64,000 nucleotides of DNA. Origin: Candidatus Scalinduaceae bacterium (GTDB lineage Bacteria > Planctomycetota > Brocadiia > Brocadiales > Scalinduaceae). The DNA lies in assembly GCA_046759445.1 (NCBI GenBank), contig JBHICG010000001.1:94467-158466 (forward strand), read 5' to 3'. The notes under the pieces are model-generated. The model did not search any database. It saw only the letters and a program-made list of their open reading frames with translations, and had not been told where the DNA came from. The position numbers were made by a program, and so were the translations under genes. Below are positions 10,112 through 19,240 of this stretch, in pieces (the stretch's first letter is position 1; each line of letters begins with the position of its first letter).

Positions 10112-11623
10112 ATGGATAAAATGTTTTTAATAATAATCCTTATTTTCTACTGTCCTGCAGCATTATGGTTGTTCCTCTATGGCATTAACAATTATTATAT
10201 GGTTTATCTTTTTTTAAGTAAAAGGAAGAAAGAAGCATCTCAAAATGCTGAATTCCTCAAACGGTTCTGGTCTACTCATGGCAAATACAAGTTGCCAAAA
10301 GTTACTACACAATTACCCATATATAATGAAAGATACGTAGTAAAACGTTTAATTAAGGCGGTTGTGAATCTTGATTATCCGAAGGAACTACACGAAATTC
10401 AGATACTGGACGATTCTAATGATGAAACGAGAGATATAGTAGCTGATCTGGTTAATAAATACAGTAAAAAGGGATTCAACATAAAACAAATCATCAGAGA
10501 AAATAGAATTGGGTTTAAGGCAGGTGCCTTAAATAAAGGACACGAAGAAGCTGAAGGTGAGTTTCTGGCAATCTTTGATGCTGACTTTGTGCCTGATAAA
10601 AACTTTTTTTATGAAACCATCCCTTTCTTTTACGAAAAAGAAAAAGTTGCCCTTGTCCAGACACGGTGGGGACACATAAATAGAAATTACTCTCTCCTAA
10701 CAATTGCCCAGAGTATTGGCATGGATGGACACTTTATTATTGAACAGGGCGCCAGGACATGGAACGGCCTTTATATGAACTTTAATGGGACTGCTGGAAT
10801 CTGGAGGAAAGAGGCAATCGTTGATGCTGGAGGGTGGCATTATGATACTTTAACTGAGGATTTAGATTTATCATACAGGGCACAATTAAAAGGATGGAAT
10901 ACAAAATTTCTTTTTGATGTAGTAACGCCTTCAGAGTTACCCGTGGATATGAATGCCTATAAGTCCCAACAGCATAGATGGGCTAAAGGCTCAATACAAA
11001 CTGCCAAGAAGGTTTTGCCACAGATATTTAAGACGAAAGATAGTTTTACAAAGAAGATTGAGGCATTTATACACCTCAACCAGTATATGGTACACCCTAT
11101 GATGATCGTCCTTGCCTTACTATCCCTTCCATTAATAATCTTATTAAAACCATTAGTAATCTCTATTTCTAGTACAATGGTAGCCCTGTTGCTTCTAATA
11201 TTCCTGGGAGCCTCTGCACCATCATTTCTTTATATAGTATCTCAGAAGGTAGGTTATAGGGATTGGTGGAAAAGATGTTTGTTTATACCTGCGCTTATGT
11301 TTATCGGATGTGGAGTTGCCATCAATAACACAAAGGCTGTGCTTGAAGCATTATTTAACATTAAGAGTGATTTTGTTAGAACGCCGAAGTACGGTGTTAT
11401 CAGAAGAGGAAAGAACATAATAGCAAAAAATTATACTTTACCAGTAAAGTTATTCTTTGTCAGTGAAATACTCTTAAGTATATATTGTTTTATTGGATTC
11501 ATACAATATACAAACGACAAGAAGTTTGTCTTTGGGCCTTTTCTATTAATGTATGCAATAGGGTTTTTCTACGTAGGCATACTGTCTCTTTTGCAAAAAT
11601 TTAATGAGAAAATAAAATGCTGA
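10112..11623 (+). CDS. Processive GT2 glycosyltransferase (cellulose synthase-like)
   Basis: DDS, KAG, DAD, TEDLD and QQHRW motifs; flanking TM helices. Confidence 0.93.
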   Translation: MDKMFLIIILIFYCPAALWLFLYGINNYYMVYLFLSKRKKEASQNAEFLKRFWSTHGKYKLPKVTTQLPIYNERYVVKRLIKAVVNLDYPKELHEIQILDDSNDETRDIVADLVNKYSKKGFNIKQIIRENRIGFKAGALNKGHEEAEGEFLAIFDADFVPDKNFFYETIPFFYEKEKVALVQTRWGHINRNYSLLTIAQSIGMDGHFIIEQGARTWNGLYMNFNGTAGIWRKEAIVDAGGWHYDTLTEDLDLSYRAQLKGWNTKFLFDVVTPSELPVDMNAYKSQQHRWAKGSIQTAKKVLPQIFKTKDSFTKKIEAFIHLNQYMVHPMMIVLALLSLPLIILLKPLVISISSTMVALLLLIFLGASAPSFLYIVSQKVGYRDWWKRCLFIPALMFIGCGVAINNTKAVLEALFNIKSDFVRTPKYGVIRRGKNIIAKNYTLPVKLFFVSEILLSIYCFIGFIQYTNDKKFVFGPFLLMYAIGFFYVGILSLLQKFNEKIKC

Positions 11624-12669
11624 TTATGAATATTCCTGATAAAAGACTTTTTCAATTATTTTGCCTAATAGCCTGTTTAACGATTCCAGCAATTGATTTA
11701 GACCGTACATGTTTTGCAAACATACACGAAAAGGACGAAATAAAATATGTACTTCCTCGTGACGCTATCCCTGCCATAAAGAATCCTGAATTTGTCCCTG
11801 CAAGTGAAGCAAGACTTGATGATGATGAACCTGTTATAGGCATAACTATTAATGGTGAAAGTCGTGCCTATTCTGTTTATCTCCTGAATCATCACGAAAT
11901 AGTCAATGATAAAATAGGAGATAAAGATATTGCCATCACCTGGTGTCCCCTTGCGAACCTGGCAGTTGTATATAACAGGAAAGTTGACGGCAAAGAATAT
12001 ACGTTTGGAGTATCGGGTAAGCTACTCAAGAACACCCTCGTAATGTTTGATTACGAAACTGAATCCCTCTGGCCAATCGTTTATGGCAAGGCTATAGATG
12101 GAAAACTATCGGGTAAAAAAACAAATATAGTAGTTAACAGCCAAAAGATGTCATGGGGTGCATGGAAGGCATTACACCCAGATACATTGCTACTGTCTCT
12201 TCATGGTTCAAGAACAGTTGGTTATGATGTTTATAAACATTATCATAAGAGTAAAAAAACAGGCATATATCCTGTCGTAAATTCAGATAAAAGTTTAAGT
12301 GCGAAGACAAATGTTATCGGAATAGAACTTAATAGCAAACATAAGGCTTATCCCTTTAGCATATTTGATACTACGAAAATAGTTACTGATAAATTTCAGG
12401 GTGAGGACTTGCTTATTTATAGAAACAATGAGACCAATAATATCATGGTCTATGATAGACACGTAGACGAATATATAATTGATTTTGAAGAAAATTCATC
12501 ACAAAATTTTGCTACGGATAAAACAACAAAAACTACGTGGGACTTGGAAAATGGGATTGGCATAAAGGGTAACATGAAGGGTATACGGTTACAACGTGTT
12601 AGTTTTATGGCCATTTACTGGTTTGTCTGGGCAGATTATTATCCTGATACTGAAATATTTAATCAATGA
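11617..12669 (+). CDS. DUF3179-family protein
   Basis: DAIPAI, HEIVND, WCPL, FGVSGKL, D.ETESLW, C-terminal YWFVW..YYP. Confidence 0.85.
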   Translation: MLIMNIPDKRLFQLFCLIACLTIPAIDLDRTCFANIHEKDEIKYVLPRDAIPAIKNPEFVPASEARLDDDEPVIGITINGESRAYSVYLLNHHEIVNDKIGDKDIAITWCPLANLAVVYNRKVDGKEYTFGVSGKLLKNTLVMFDYETESLWPIVYGKAIDGKLSGKKTNIVVNSQKMSWGAWKALHPDTLLLSLHGSRTVGYDVYKHYHKSKKTGIYPVVNSDKSLSAKTNVIGIELNSKHKAYPFSIFDTTKIVTDKFQGEDLLIYRNNETNNIMVYDRHVDEYIIDFEENSSQNFATDKTTKTTWDLENGIGIKGNMKGIRLQRVSFMAIYWFVWADYYPDTEIFNQ

Positions 12670-12770
12670 ATTTCATTTACTGAAAATCAAATGGGAAACC
12701 TACTTTTTATCCCCTCCTTACGAACTTCTAGTTACCCACAACTCTGGGAGGGATAAAGAGCATGGAGTAG

Positions 12771-12838
12771 CACCCCTTAGTCCCCCCACTGCTTTCTTGC
12801 ACCGTATCGGCACGATGCGAAAGCAAGAAGTGGGGGGA
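12771..12838. repeat. Palindromic element (CCCCTTAGTCCCCC family)
   Basis: 40-bp core at 12791-12830 matches 14085-14124 with one mismatch; relative at 53711-53774. Confidence 0.75.
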
Positions 12839-12987
12839 AATAATGTATAATTAGTTTCTTACGGAGGGGAGATAATTAATTCGTTCTCTTTCCTTAAATA
12901 TGATGTGGGTAAGGTTAAGCCTTACGAACGAGGGGGAAATGGGGGTGGTTAAATAAAATGGAATCTCAGTTACATTGAACAAATACC

Positions 12988-14484
12988 ATGAATAGGAAAT
13001 TACTTTCCATAATAATAACAGGACTGGTCATTGAAATCCTGTGTATTTCGATTGCTTCCCTTGGAGATATCAAGGAAAATATACCTATGTTTTGTTTTCT
13101 GTATACAGCCTCTTTTATTGTTTATATCTTTGCTGTATTTTATATTTTGAAAAACACCGAGATATTTGGAAAAGACAAAAGCAATTCTAAAAAGATTCTT
13201 TGGACTATTATAATCTTTTCACTGATATTTCGTTTGACACTATTACCTATGACTCCATCAGAGGATGTTTATCGTTACTTATGGGAAGGAAAGTTACAAT
13301 TAAATTGGCTTAATCCATATTCCTACCCGCCGGAATCGTCAAGTCTGGAACATCTCAGGGACAACTTTTTTTCCGGCATTAACCACAAACATCTGACCAC
13401 AATCTACCCTCCACTGACGTTAATGGCGTTTGCCCTAGCGGATTACGTATCTCATTCCTTCATATCAATGAAGTCTACTTTTTTGTTTTTTGATGTGCTT
13501 TCAATATTCATATTAATAAGGTTTTTAAGGGTAGTGGGAGGGAAACCCGCTAATGTGTTGATATATGCATGGAGCCCGTTAGTCCTTATTAGTTTTGCGG
13601 CAAAGGGACATTGCGATTCTTTGCAGATATTTCTCGTAATTCTTGCCTTATACCTTTTCTCTATTAGAAAGAATTTAAAATCTATCGTTTCGATTGGCCT
13701 GGCAGCAATGTCCAAATTTGTATTCATTATTATAGCCCCTTTCTTAATTCCCAGACGTAAACTCAAATATCTTATAGTTTTGTTTACAGTTATTGCACTT
13801 TTGTACTTACCATACATTGGCGCTGGTAAGGGGTTATTTTCGACACTTTTACATTTTGGGACTCAATATCATTACAATGATTCAGCTCACTTCCTGATTT
13901 TTTGCCTATGTCTCGGCTCTCCATTTATGTCTAAGATAATTACGTCTATAATTTTTTGCGCTGTACTTTTGTATTTGTATATAAATCATATGACCCTTTT
14001 ATTTACAAAAGATAATGAAAATTCCCCTAATTCCTGCTTTAGCAGGCATAAAGGGGGGACAAATCCCCCTCTTTCCCCCCCGCAGCTTTCTTGCACCGTA
14101 TCGGCACTATGCGAAAGCAAGAAGCAGGGGGGATTTAGGGAGATTGATGATAATATTTTAAAATTTGCCTTTCTGTCTGTTGGTACCTTTTTAATATTTG
14201 CACCAACAGTTCATCCATGGTATCTAACATGGATTGTCCCCTTCCTCTGTTTCTATCATAGCTGGGCATGGCTTGTCTTGACAGGAACTGTTGTTTTCTA
14301 TTATTTTATGAATCATAATTTATTTTCAAGTATGATAGAGTATAACAACGAATGGGTATGGCAAGAAGTCCACTGGTTAAAATTACCAGAATATGTCCCT
14401 TTTTATTGTCTGTTAATTTATGGATGGCTAAGATCAGGTTCAGCCGCTAAGGCACGCCAGAACGATGTATCGGCTGTGTCATAA
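12988..14484 (+). CDS. Polytopic GT-C glycosyltransferase (GT87/DUF2029-like) with an in-frame repeat insertion
   Basis: SEDVYRYLWEG, TIYPP, YAWSP, GHCD and TVHPWY motifs. Confidence 0.8.
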   Translation: MNRKLLSIIITGLVIEILCISIASLGDIKENIPMFCFLYTASFIVYIFAVFYILKNTEIFGKDKSNSKKILWTIIIFSLIFRLTLLPMTPSEDVYRYLWEGKLQLNWLNPYSYPPESSSLEHLRDNFFSGINHKHLTTIYPPLTLMAFALADYVSHSFISMKSTFLFFDVLSIFILIRFLRVVGGKPANVLIYAWSPLVLISFAAKGHCDSLQIFLVILALYLFSIRKNLKSIVSIGLAAMSKFVFIIIAPFLIPRRKLKYLIVLFTVIALLYLPYIGAGKGLFSTLLHFGTQYHYNDSAHFLIFCLCLGSPFMSKIITSIIFCAVLLYLYINHMTLLFTKDNENSPNSCFSRHKGGTNPPLSPPQLSCTVSALCESKKQGGFREIDDNILKFAFLSVGTFLIFAPTVHPWYLTWIVPFLCFYHSWAWLVLTGTVVFYYFMNHNLFSSMIEYNNEWVWQEVHWLKLPEYVPFYCLLIYGWLRSGSAAKARQNDVSAVS

Positions 14485-14502
14485 TTATAAAAACGCTCTC
14501 AA

Positions 14503-14640
14503 TGTCATTCTGAACCCTTCGCCCGTCATTCTGAGCCGAAGGCGAAGAATCTAGTTGAGGCTCAGGATAAACTCCGTTAAGAATCTGATATCTTCAGTAG
14601 GTTATAAAACCGAGATTCTTCGGCTAACGCCTCAGAACGA
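14503..14640. repeat. Composite REP/MITE-like element (GTCATTCTGA family)
   Basis: Nested GTCATTCTGA...GAAGAATCT units and a facing GAGATTCTTCG...CTCAGAA unit. Confidence 0.65.
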
Positions 14641-14698
14641 TTATATGACAGAGCTTTAAATATTTCTTACATAATGTTTTATGGGAGGTTAACACTAA

Positions 14699-17245
14699 AT
14701 GGAAGTAAACGATAAATCACTTTTTTACGTACATGATTATGTTCAAATAGAGAGAGACTCTCTTTATCTACTTATAGACCCCGAAACACCAAATTGGATT
14801 GTAACTGACAAAAGAGGCAGCCAGATTGTAAGCAATATTAAAAAATGTAAAAACGTTAGAAAACTGATATTCGACTATGCAAATGATTTTGATATGGAAC
14901 AAACCAGGGCATGGTTGGAAATAGATACATTTCTGAGGGATTTGATAAGGTGTAAATTCTTATCCTCAGAACCCGTAAAGAAAACTGCTTACGTCGGCAG
15001 ATCAAATTTCATTCACGCAGAAAAACTCAATGAACTATGGATTCACACTAATAATCTCTGCAATCTGACATGTCCGCATTGTCTGGTGAATTCATCTCCA
15101 CACGAGGATAAAGGTCTTCCTACGGACTCAATCAAGAAGATTATTGACGAAGCTGTAACATTAGGAACAAGCTGTTTCTATTTTACGGGTGGCGAGCCAT
15201 TTATGAGGAAAGATATTTTTGAACTTATTGAGTATGTTTGCAATCGTAAAGGGACAGAACTGATAATACTTACAAATGGAACACTTCTGAGAGGAAACAT
15301 CATTGAAAGATTACAAAAGTTTAATAAGGAACAACTAAGGATTCAGATAAGCCTTGATGGTTCAAAGCCGGAAATAAACGACCCTTTGAGGGGTAAGGGC
15401 AGCTTTGACCAAATTATCGAGGGGATTAAGAATATTATCAGGATTGGATATTCTCCGACAATAACAACCGTGGTGACAAAACATAATATTAATGATGTGC
15501 CTGAAACGACAAAGCTGATTGCACAATTGGGTGTAAAGACTCATCATCTCCTCTGGGTACACAAACGAGGCAGGGTAACTGATAATGGTAATGATTTTTT
15601 TACTTCAATAGATGAGGTAATCGAAACAACGAGAAAGGTGAAGGATGTAGCAGATAACCTGGGTATGTCAGTAGACAACATTGATTCTTACAAATTCAGG
15701 GCAAATAGCAACAGAGGAACACGTTACGATTTGGGTAATGCCTGTTACGATAGCATGTGCGTATATTCAAATGGTGAAGTCTACCCGTCTGCTTCATTTG
15801 CCGGCCATGAAGGGCTGAAATGTGGAAGTATACTTGAGAATTCCCTTAGAGAAATCTGGGAAAATAGTAATATTAGCAAGGCATTTAGAAACGCAACACT
15901 ACAGAATAAAGAAAAATGCAACGAATGTCATATAAAGTTTATATGCGGTGGTGGTGATATTGAACATTCATTCTTCTATTCTGAAAATGGGTTCAAGCTG
16001 GAAAATAATAAATTCCCTGCAGACGTTGGCGTACATGCCTTGGACCCTTATTGTGACCTGCACAAGGAGATAGTCAATGACGTAATATTTGAGCTTGCTG
16101 AGGCGAGGAAGAAGTTGTTGGAAAGAAAAACAGGGTTTACTGCTCCCGTTGTATTACGCTCAATGGGCGAAGGCTCTCTCAATTGTGGATTGACGATTTC
16201 GGATTTCGGAATAGAAAATCTAAAATCCGAAATCCGAAATCCGAAATCGGTTCGTACTCTTCATTCAAACTGTGTGCTTTCTTTTGACGTGGATAAGCCA
16301 AGAAGTATTGTACGTGAGTTTTATGGTAATGCGGCAGAAGCTCCTCAAGAGGACTTATGTTGTCCAACCAAGAATTCAACAGAAGATACAAGTCATATTC
16401 CACAGGATGTATTGGACAGGTTCTATGGATGCGGAAGTCCGACTACAATAGCAGAAGTCTCAGAAGGAGAGACGATGGTCGATTTGGGAGCAGGCGCGGG
16501 GATTGACTGTTTCATTGCTGCAAAGAAGGTTGGCCCAAAGGGTAAGATTTACGGGATAGACATGACGGATGAAATGTTAAAGGTTGCCAATGAAAACAAA
16601 CATCCGGTGGCAAGGAACCTTGGTTACGATATTGTGGAATTTAGAAAAGGATTTTTAGAAGATATTCCCGTTGATAATAATTCAGTTGATTTGATCACAT
16701 CAAATTGCGTTATCAATCTATCCCCTGACAAAAAAAAGGTCTTCGGCGAAATGTGGCGAATACTGAGGGATCACGGGAGGATTGTTATCTCTGATATTGT
16801 TTCTGAAGAAGAAACTCCTCCGTTTTTAAAAATCAATAAACAACTGTGGGGTGAATGCATCAGCGGCGCATTAACCGAAGACGAATTTATGTCCTATCTT
16901 GAACAGGCTGGCTTTTATGGACTTCAAACACTACAGAAGGTCTTCTGGAAAGAAGTGGAAGGGTATTCATTCTATTCAGTAACATTACGTGGGTATAAGT
17001 TTGAAAAGAAGGAGGGTTGTGTATACGTTGGGCAAAAGGCAATTTATCATGGCCCGTATAAGGCAATAACGGATGAAGAAGGCCACCTGTTCCCCAGGAA
17101 CGAGCCCGTTGAAGTCTGCACAGATACAGCGGCCAAACTAAGCAACCCACCTTATGCAGGACAATTTACCATATTCAATCCTGACGATGCAAATACCGCA
17201 TCATACAATTGCAGTCCCTCGGAAGAAGGCGTTCCTTGTTGTTGA
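14699..17245 (+). CDS. Radical SAM/SPASM domain fused to an ArsM-like arsenite methyltransferase
   Basis: CNLTCPHC, FTGGEP, SPASM Cys (CYDSMC, CNECHIKFIC); MTase half has LCCP, YGCGSP, DLGAGAG, SNCVIN, WGECISGA; ends in PCC. Confidence 0.88.
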   Translation: MEVNDKSLFYVHDYVQIERDSLYLLIDPETPNWIVTDKRGSQIVSNIKKCKNVRKLIFDYANDFDMEQTRAWLEIDTFLRDLIRCKFLSSEPVKKTAYVGRSNFIHAEKLNELWIHTNNLCNLTCPHCLVNSSPHEDKGLPTDSIKKIIDEAVTLGTSCFYFTGGEPFMRKDIFELIEYVCNRKGTELIILTNGTLLRGNIIERLQKFNKEQLRIQISLDGSKPEINDPLRGKGSFDQIIEGIKNIIRIGYSPTITTVVTKHNINDVPETTKLIAQLGVKTHHLLWVHKRGRVTDNGNDFFTSIDEVIETTRKVKDVADNLGMSVDNIDSYKFRANSNRGTRYDLGNACYDSMCVYSNGEVYPSASFAGHEGLKCGSILENSLREIWENSNISKAFRNATLQNKEKCNECHIKFICGGGDIEHSFFYSENGFKLENNKFPADVGVHALDPYCDLHKEIVNDVIFELAEARKKLLERKTGFTAPVVLRSMGEGSLNCGLTISDFGIENLKSEIRNPKSVRTLHSNCVLSFDVDKPRSIVREFYGNAAEAPQEDLCCPTKNSTEDTSHIPQDVLDRFYGCGSPTTIAEVSEGETMVDLGAGAGIDCFIAAKKVGPKGKIYGIDMTDEMLKVANENKHPVARNLGYDIVEFRKGFLEDIPVDNNSVDLITSNCVINLSPDKKKVFGEMWRILRDHGRIVISDIVSEEETPPFLKINKQLWGECISGALTEDEFMSYLEQAGFYGLQTLQKVFWKEVEGYSFYSVTLRGYKFEKKEGCVYVGQKAIYHGPYKAITDEEGHLFPRNEPVEVCTDTAAKLSNPPYAGQFTIFNPDDANTASYNCSPSEEGVPCC

Positions 17246-17269
17246 TGCTACTCTGGGCATGCCCTAATA

Positions 17270-17905
17270 TCATTTCAGTGTCTGGTTATACGCTTTTATA
17301 TTTATGAGCATCACCTCAACGGCCATCATGGCAGTTGACCAAATAATGTCAGTTGACAGATGTGATACACAACTTGAATCGAACAAGAGGGACGACTTTG
17401 ATGAGAATTCTTCATCACCTGACCACACAATAAGTACTACAGGCACCCTTGGAAAAGGGGAAAGCTTTAAAGAAATATCTCCATATTCTAACTGAGAACC
17501 ATCAAGACTTTTACCGATGTTTAAAAATTCCTTAAAATTATTGCTAAAGTACTCAGCTATTTTATCCAGGGGAATGACATGCGTGCCTTTCAAAAAAATA
17601 TCTCCTCCAGGTAAATCTGAGGGCCGCACGAGTTGACCCGATAACGGTAGATCTTTCGCATGAATCAAGTATCTAAGAATTGAAAGCCTTGAATATTCAC
17701 GAAGTTCTTTGACCAGGAATTTCCCTAAACTAGAAGTACCGAAGATATCTCGATTCGTCAATGAAATATAGACATCCTGACCAAAGCAGGCTAGTTCATA
17801 TGTCGAATTATGAGAATTAAAAATTACATTAGCCCTGGTTTTTACATCCTTTGAGTCAAGCCCTGTAAGTATATCCCATGCCTGTTTTTCACCTGGCCAT
17901 GCCAT
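17270..17905 (-). CDS. DUF3786-family protein (cassette)
   Basis: DLPGG..F..TH, FPRVP, W.GDEEF.S.S.LLFD. Confidence 0.8.
   Translation of the reverse strand: MAWPGEKQAWDILTGLDSKDVKTRANVIFNSHNSTYELACFGQDVYISLTNRDIFGTSSLGKFLVKELREYSRLSILRYLIHAKDLPLSGQLVRPSDLPGGDIFLKGTHVIPLDKIAEYFSNNFKEFLNIGKSLDGSQLEYGDISLKLSPFPRVPVVLIVWSGDEEFSSKSSLLFDSSCVSHLSTDIIWSTAMMAVEVMLINIKAYNQTLK
17274..17291 (-). other. Truncated attC, left arm only
   Basis: GTATAAC-CAGAC-ACTGAA at the gene end; pairs with the cassette start GTTGTAC. Confidence 0.5.
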
Positions 17906-17919
17906 AATTTATTCTTTTT

Positions 17920-17994
17920 GTACAACGCTCCGCATAACCGGCTGGTAAAGAAGCACAGCAGATTTACCAGTCTGAGTTGATGCGGTTGTTGGGC
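17920..17994 (-). other. attC site (75 bp)
   Basis: Minus strand GCCCAAC AACCG CATCAACT...CTGGTAAA/TTTACCAG...GGTTATG CGGAGC GTTGTAC. Confidence 0.9.
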
Positions 17995-18008
17995 ATTGTG
18001 CATATGCA

Positions 18009-18878
18009 CTATCTATTTAGTTCGTTCTCGATAACGTGCGACAATTTATCCCACGTTTCCTCTTGCTCAATTTCTGGCAATGATAGTAATGGTTTGTCAG
18101 GAGAATTTAATGCTTGAAATTGTGAAAGGTGCTTGTCTCTCAAAAACCGACATGGTTTTAAAATAATAGGTAGTACCCTTGTTCCTTCTAGCTCAGCTTT
18201 TTTGAGAATCGGAGGTAGTTCATTCTCAACAATGAAGTCGGATGCAAGAAAATCGGCACTTATTATTAAAACCGCTATTGCTGCCTCTGATAGTGCTTTT
18301 TCGATTTGTTCTTTCCACTTTTCTCCCGTCTTTATCTTTGTATCATCCCATACATCAACCAATCCATTTTTTTCTAATGGCTTGAGATGAACATGAAGTC
18401 TTTCTAGATGTTTTTTGTCTTCACGGCTATAACTTATAAATACTGATTTTTTATTTTTTGATTTTGCACTGTTCTCTTCTCTGTAATAGTTTAATTTCTC
18501 GTTTTTTAAAAATATATTTCCCCCTGTTCCTATAGAAGACCGCCATGTCCCTTCTATAGCACCATTACCGATAACCTTAGCATTAAGAGTTACGTTTCCA
18601 TGATTCGAAGTTGGCATGCTAATGGTTAGTGGACGGTTATTAACAAAAATTTGTTGTGTGCAATTTTTCTTTAAAAAATCCCAGTCTGGAGTCATATTCA
18701 ATGTAATATCATCATTCTTAATTTCTCCTGAAAATGAATACACTACTGTACCATGAATTGGGTCATGAATTCTGGCAATACCCGAAAGCTTGGTTAATTC
18801 CTGCTTTACTTCTGCAAATACATTTGCATTATTAGTTCCTGTGATTCTTCCTGACCAATTCCCCTCAATACTTCTCAT
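18009..18878 (-). CDS. TIR-domain protein with N-terminal beta-rich domain (cassette)
   Basis: VFISYSRED, VWDD, ISADFLASDFIVENEL including the putative catalytic Glu. Confidence 0.9.
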   Translation of the reverse strand: MRSIEGNWSGRITGTNNANVFAEVKQELTKLSGIARIHDPIHGTVVYSFSGEIKNDDITLNMTPDWDFLKKNCTQQIFVNNRPLTISMPTSNHGNVTLNAKVIGNGAIEGTWRSSIGTGGNIFLKNEKLNYYREENSAKSKNKKSVFISYSREDKKHLERLHVHLKPLEKNGLVDVWDDTKIKTGEKWKEQIEKALSEAAIAVLIISADFLASDFIVENELPPILKKAELEGTRVLPIILKPCRFLRDKHLSQFQALNSPDKPLLSLPEIEQEETWDKLSHVIENELNR

Positions 18879-18916
18879 ATAATTATCCTTTAATAGGTGT
18901 ATCTTTTAAATTTGAT

Positions 18917-18944
18917 GCTTAACGTTCAGCTTAACCGGCTGGCT
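18917..18944 (-). other. Partial attC, right arm only
   Basis: GCCGGTTAAG CTGAAC GTTAAGC; left arm absent and a MITE lies just beyond. Confidence 0.65.
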
Positions 18945-18971
18945 TTGTAGACATTTTTTCTTGGGTTTCTT

Positions 18972-19118
18972 GGGGATGCATCTTGATATTTGACATTGTG
19001 AATTTGCGGCTTACTAAAAAAAGATTTTCCTTCCATGATTTTTCAAATAATTTCTTTGATGTTTGATTTGTTTATCAATTTGTTGGTTTTAACTTTGTCA
19101 AATGTCAAATACGTCCCC
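18972..19118. mobile_element. About 147-bp MITE with GGGGATGCATCTTGATATTTGACA-type terminal inverted repeats, copy 1
   Basis: About 24-bp imperfect TIRs; near-identical copy at 21338-21485. Confidence 0.8.
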
Positions 19119-19211
19119 TATCTCCCGTCCTATCTCCGTCTATTATTGTTTTTTACGCAACTATTTTACTGCAATCCTTCGCCAAGAGGATGTTGCCGTG
19201 ACTTTTCTATT

Positions 19212-19230
19212 CTGTAGTGCTTTGTTATGT
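19212..19230 (-). other. Partial attC, left arm only, after the R-M genes
   Basis: ACATAAC AAAGC ACTACAG ten bp after the REase stop codon. Confidence 0.5.
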
Positions 19231-19240
19231 TTTTTTGTAA

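Noticed and set aside
12596..12850. 84-aa ORF (also the 53532-53969 ORF)
   Set aside because: Both read through the CCCCTTAGTCCCCC palindrome and overlap real genes; likely spurious
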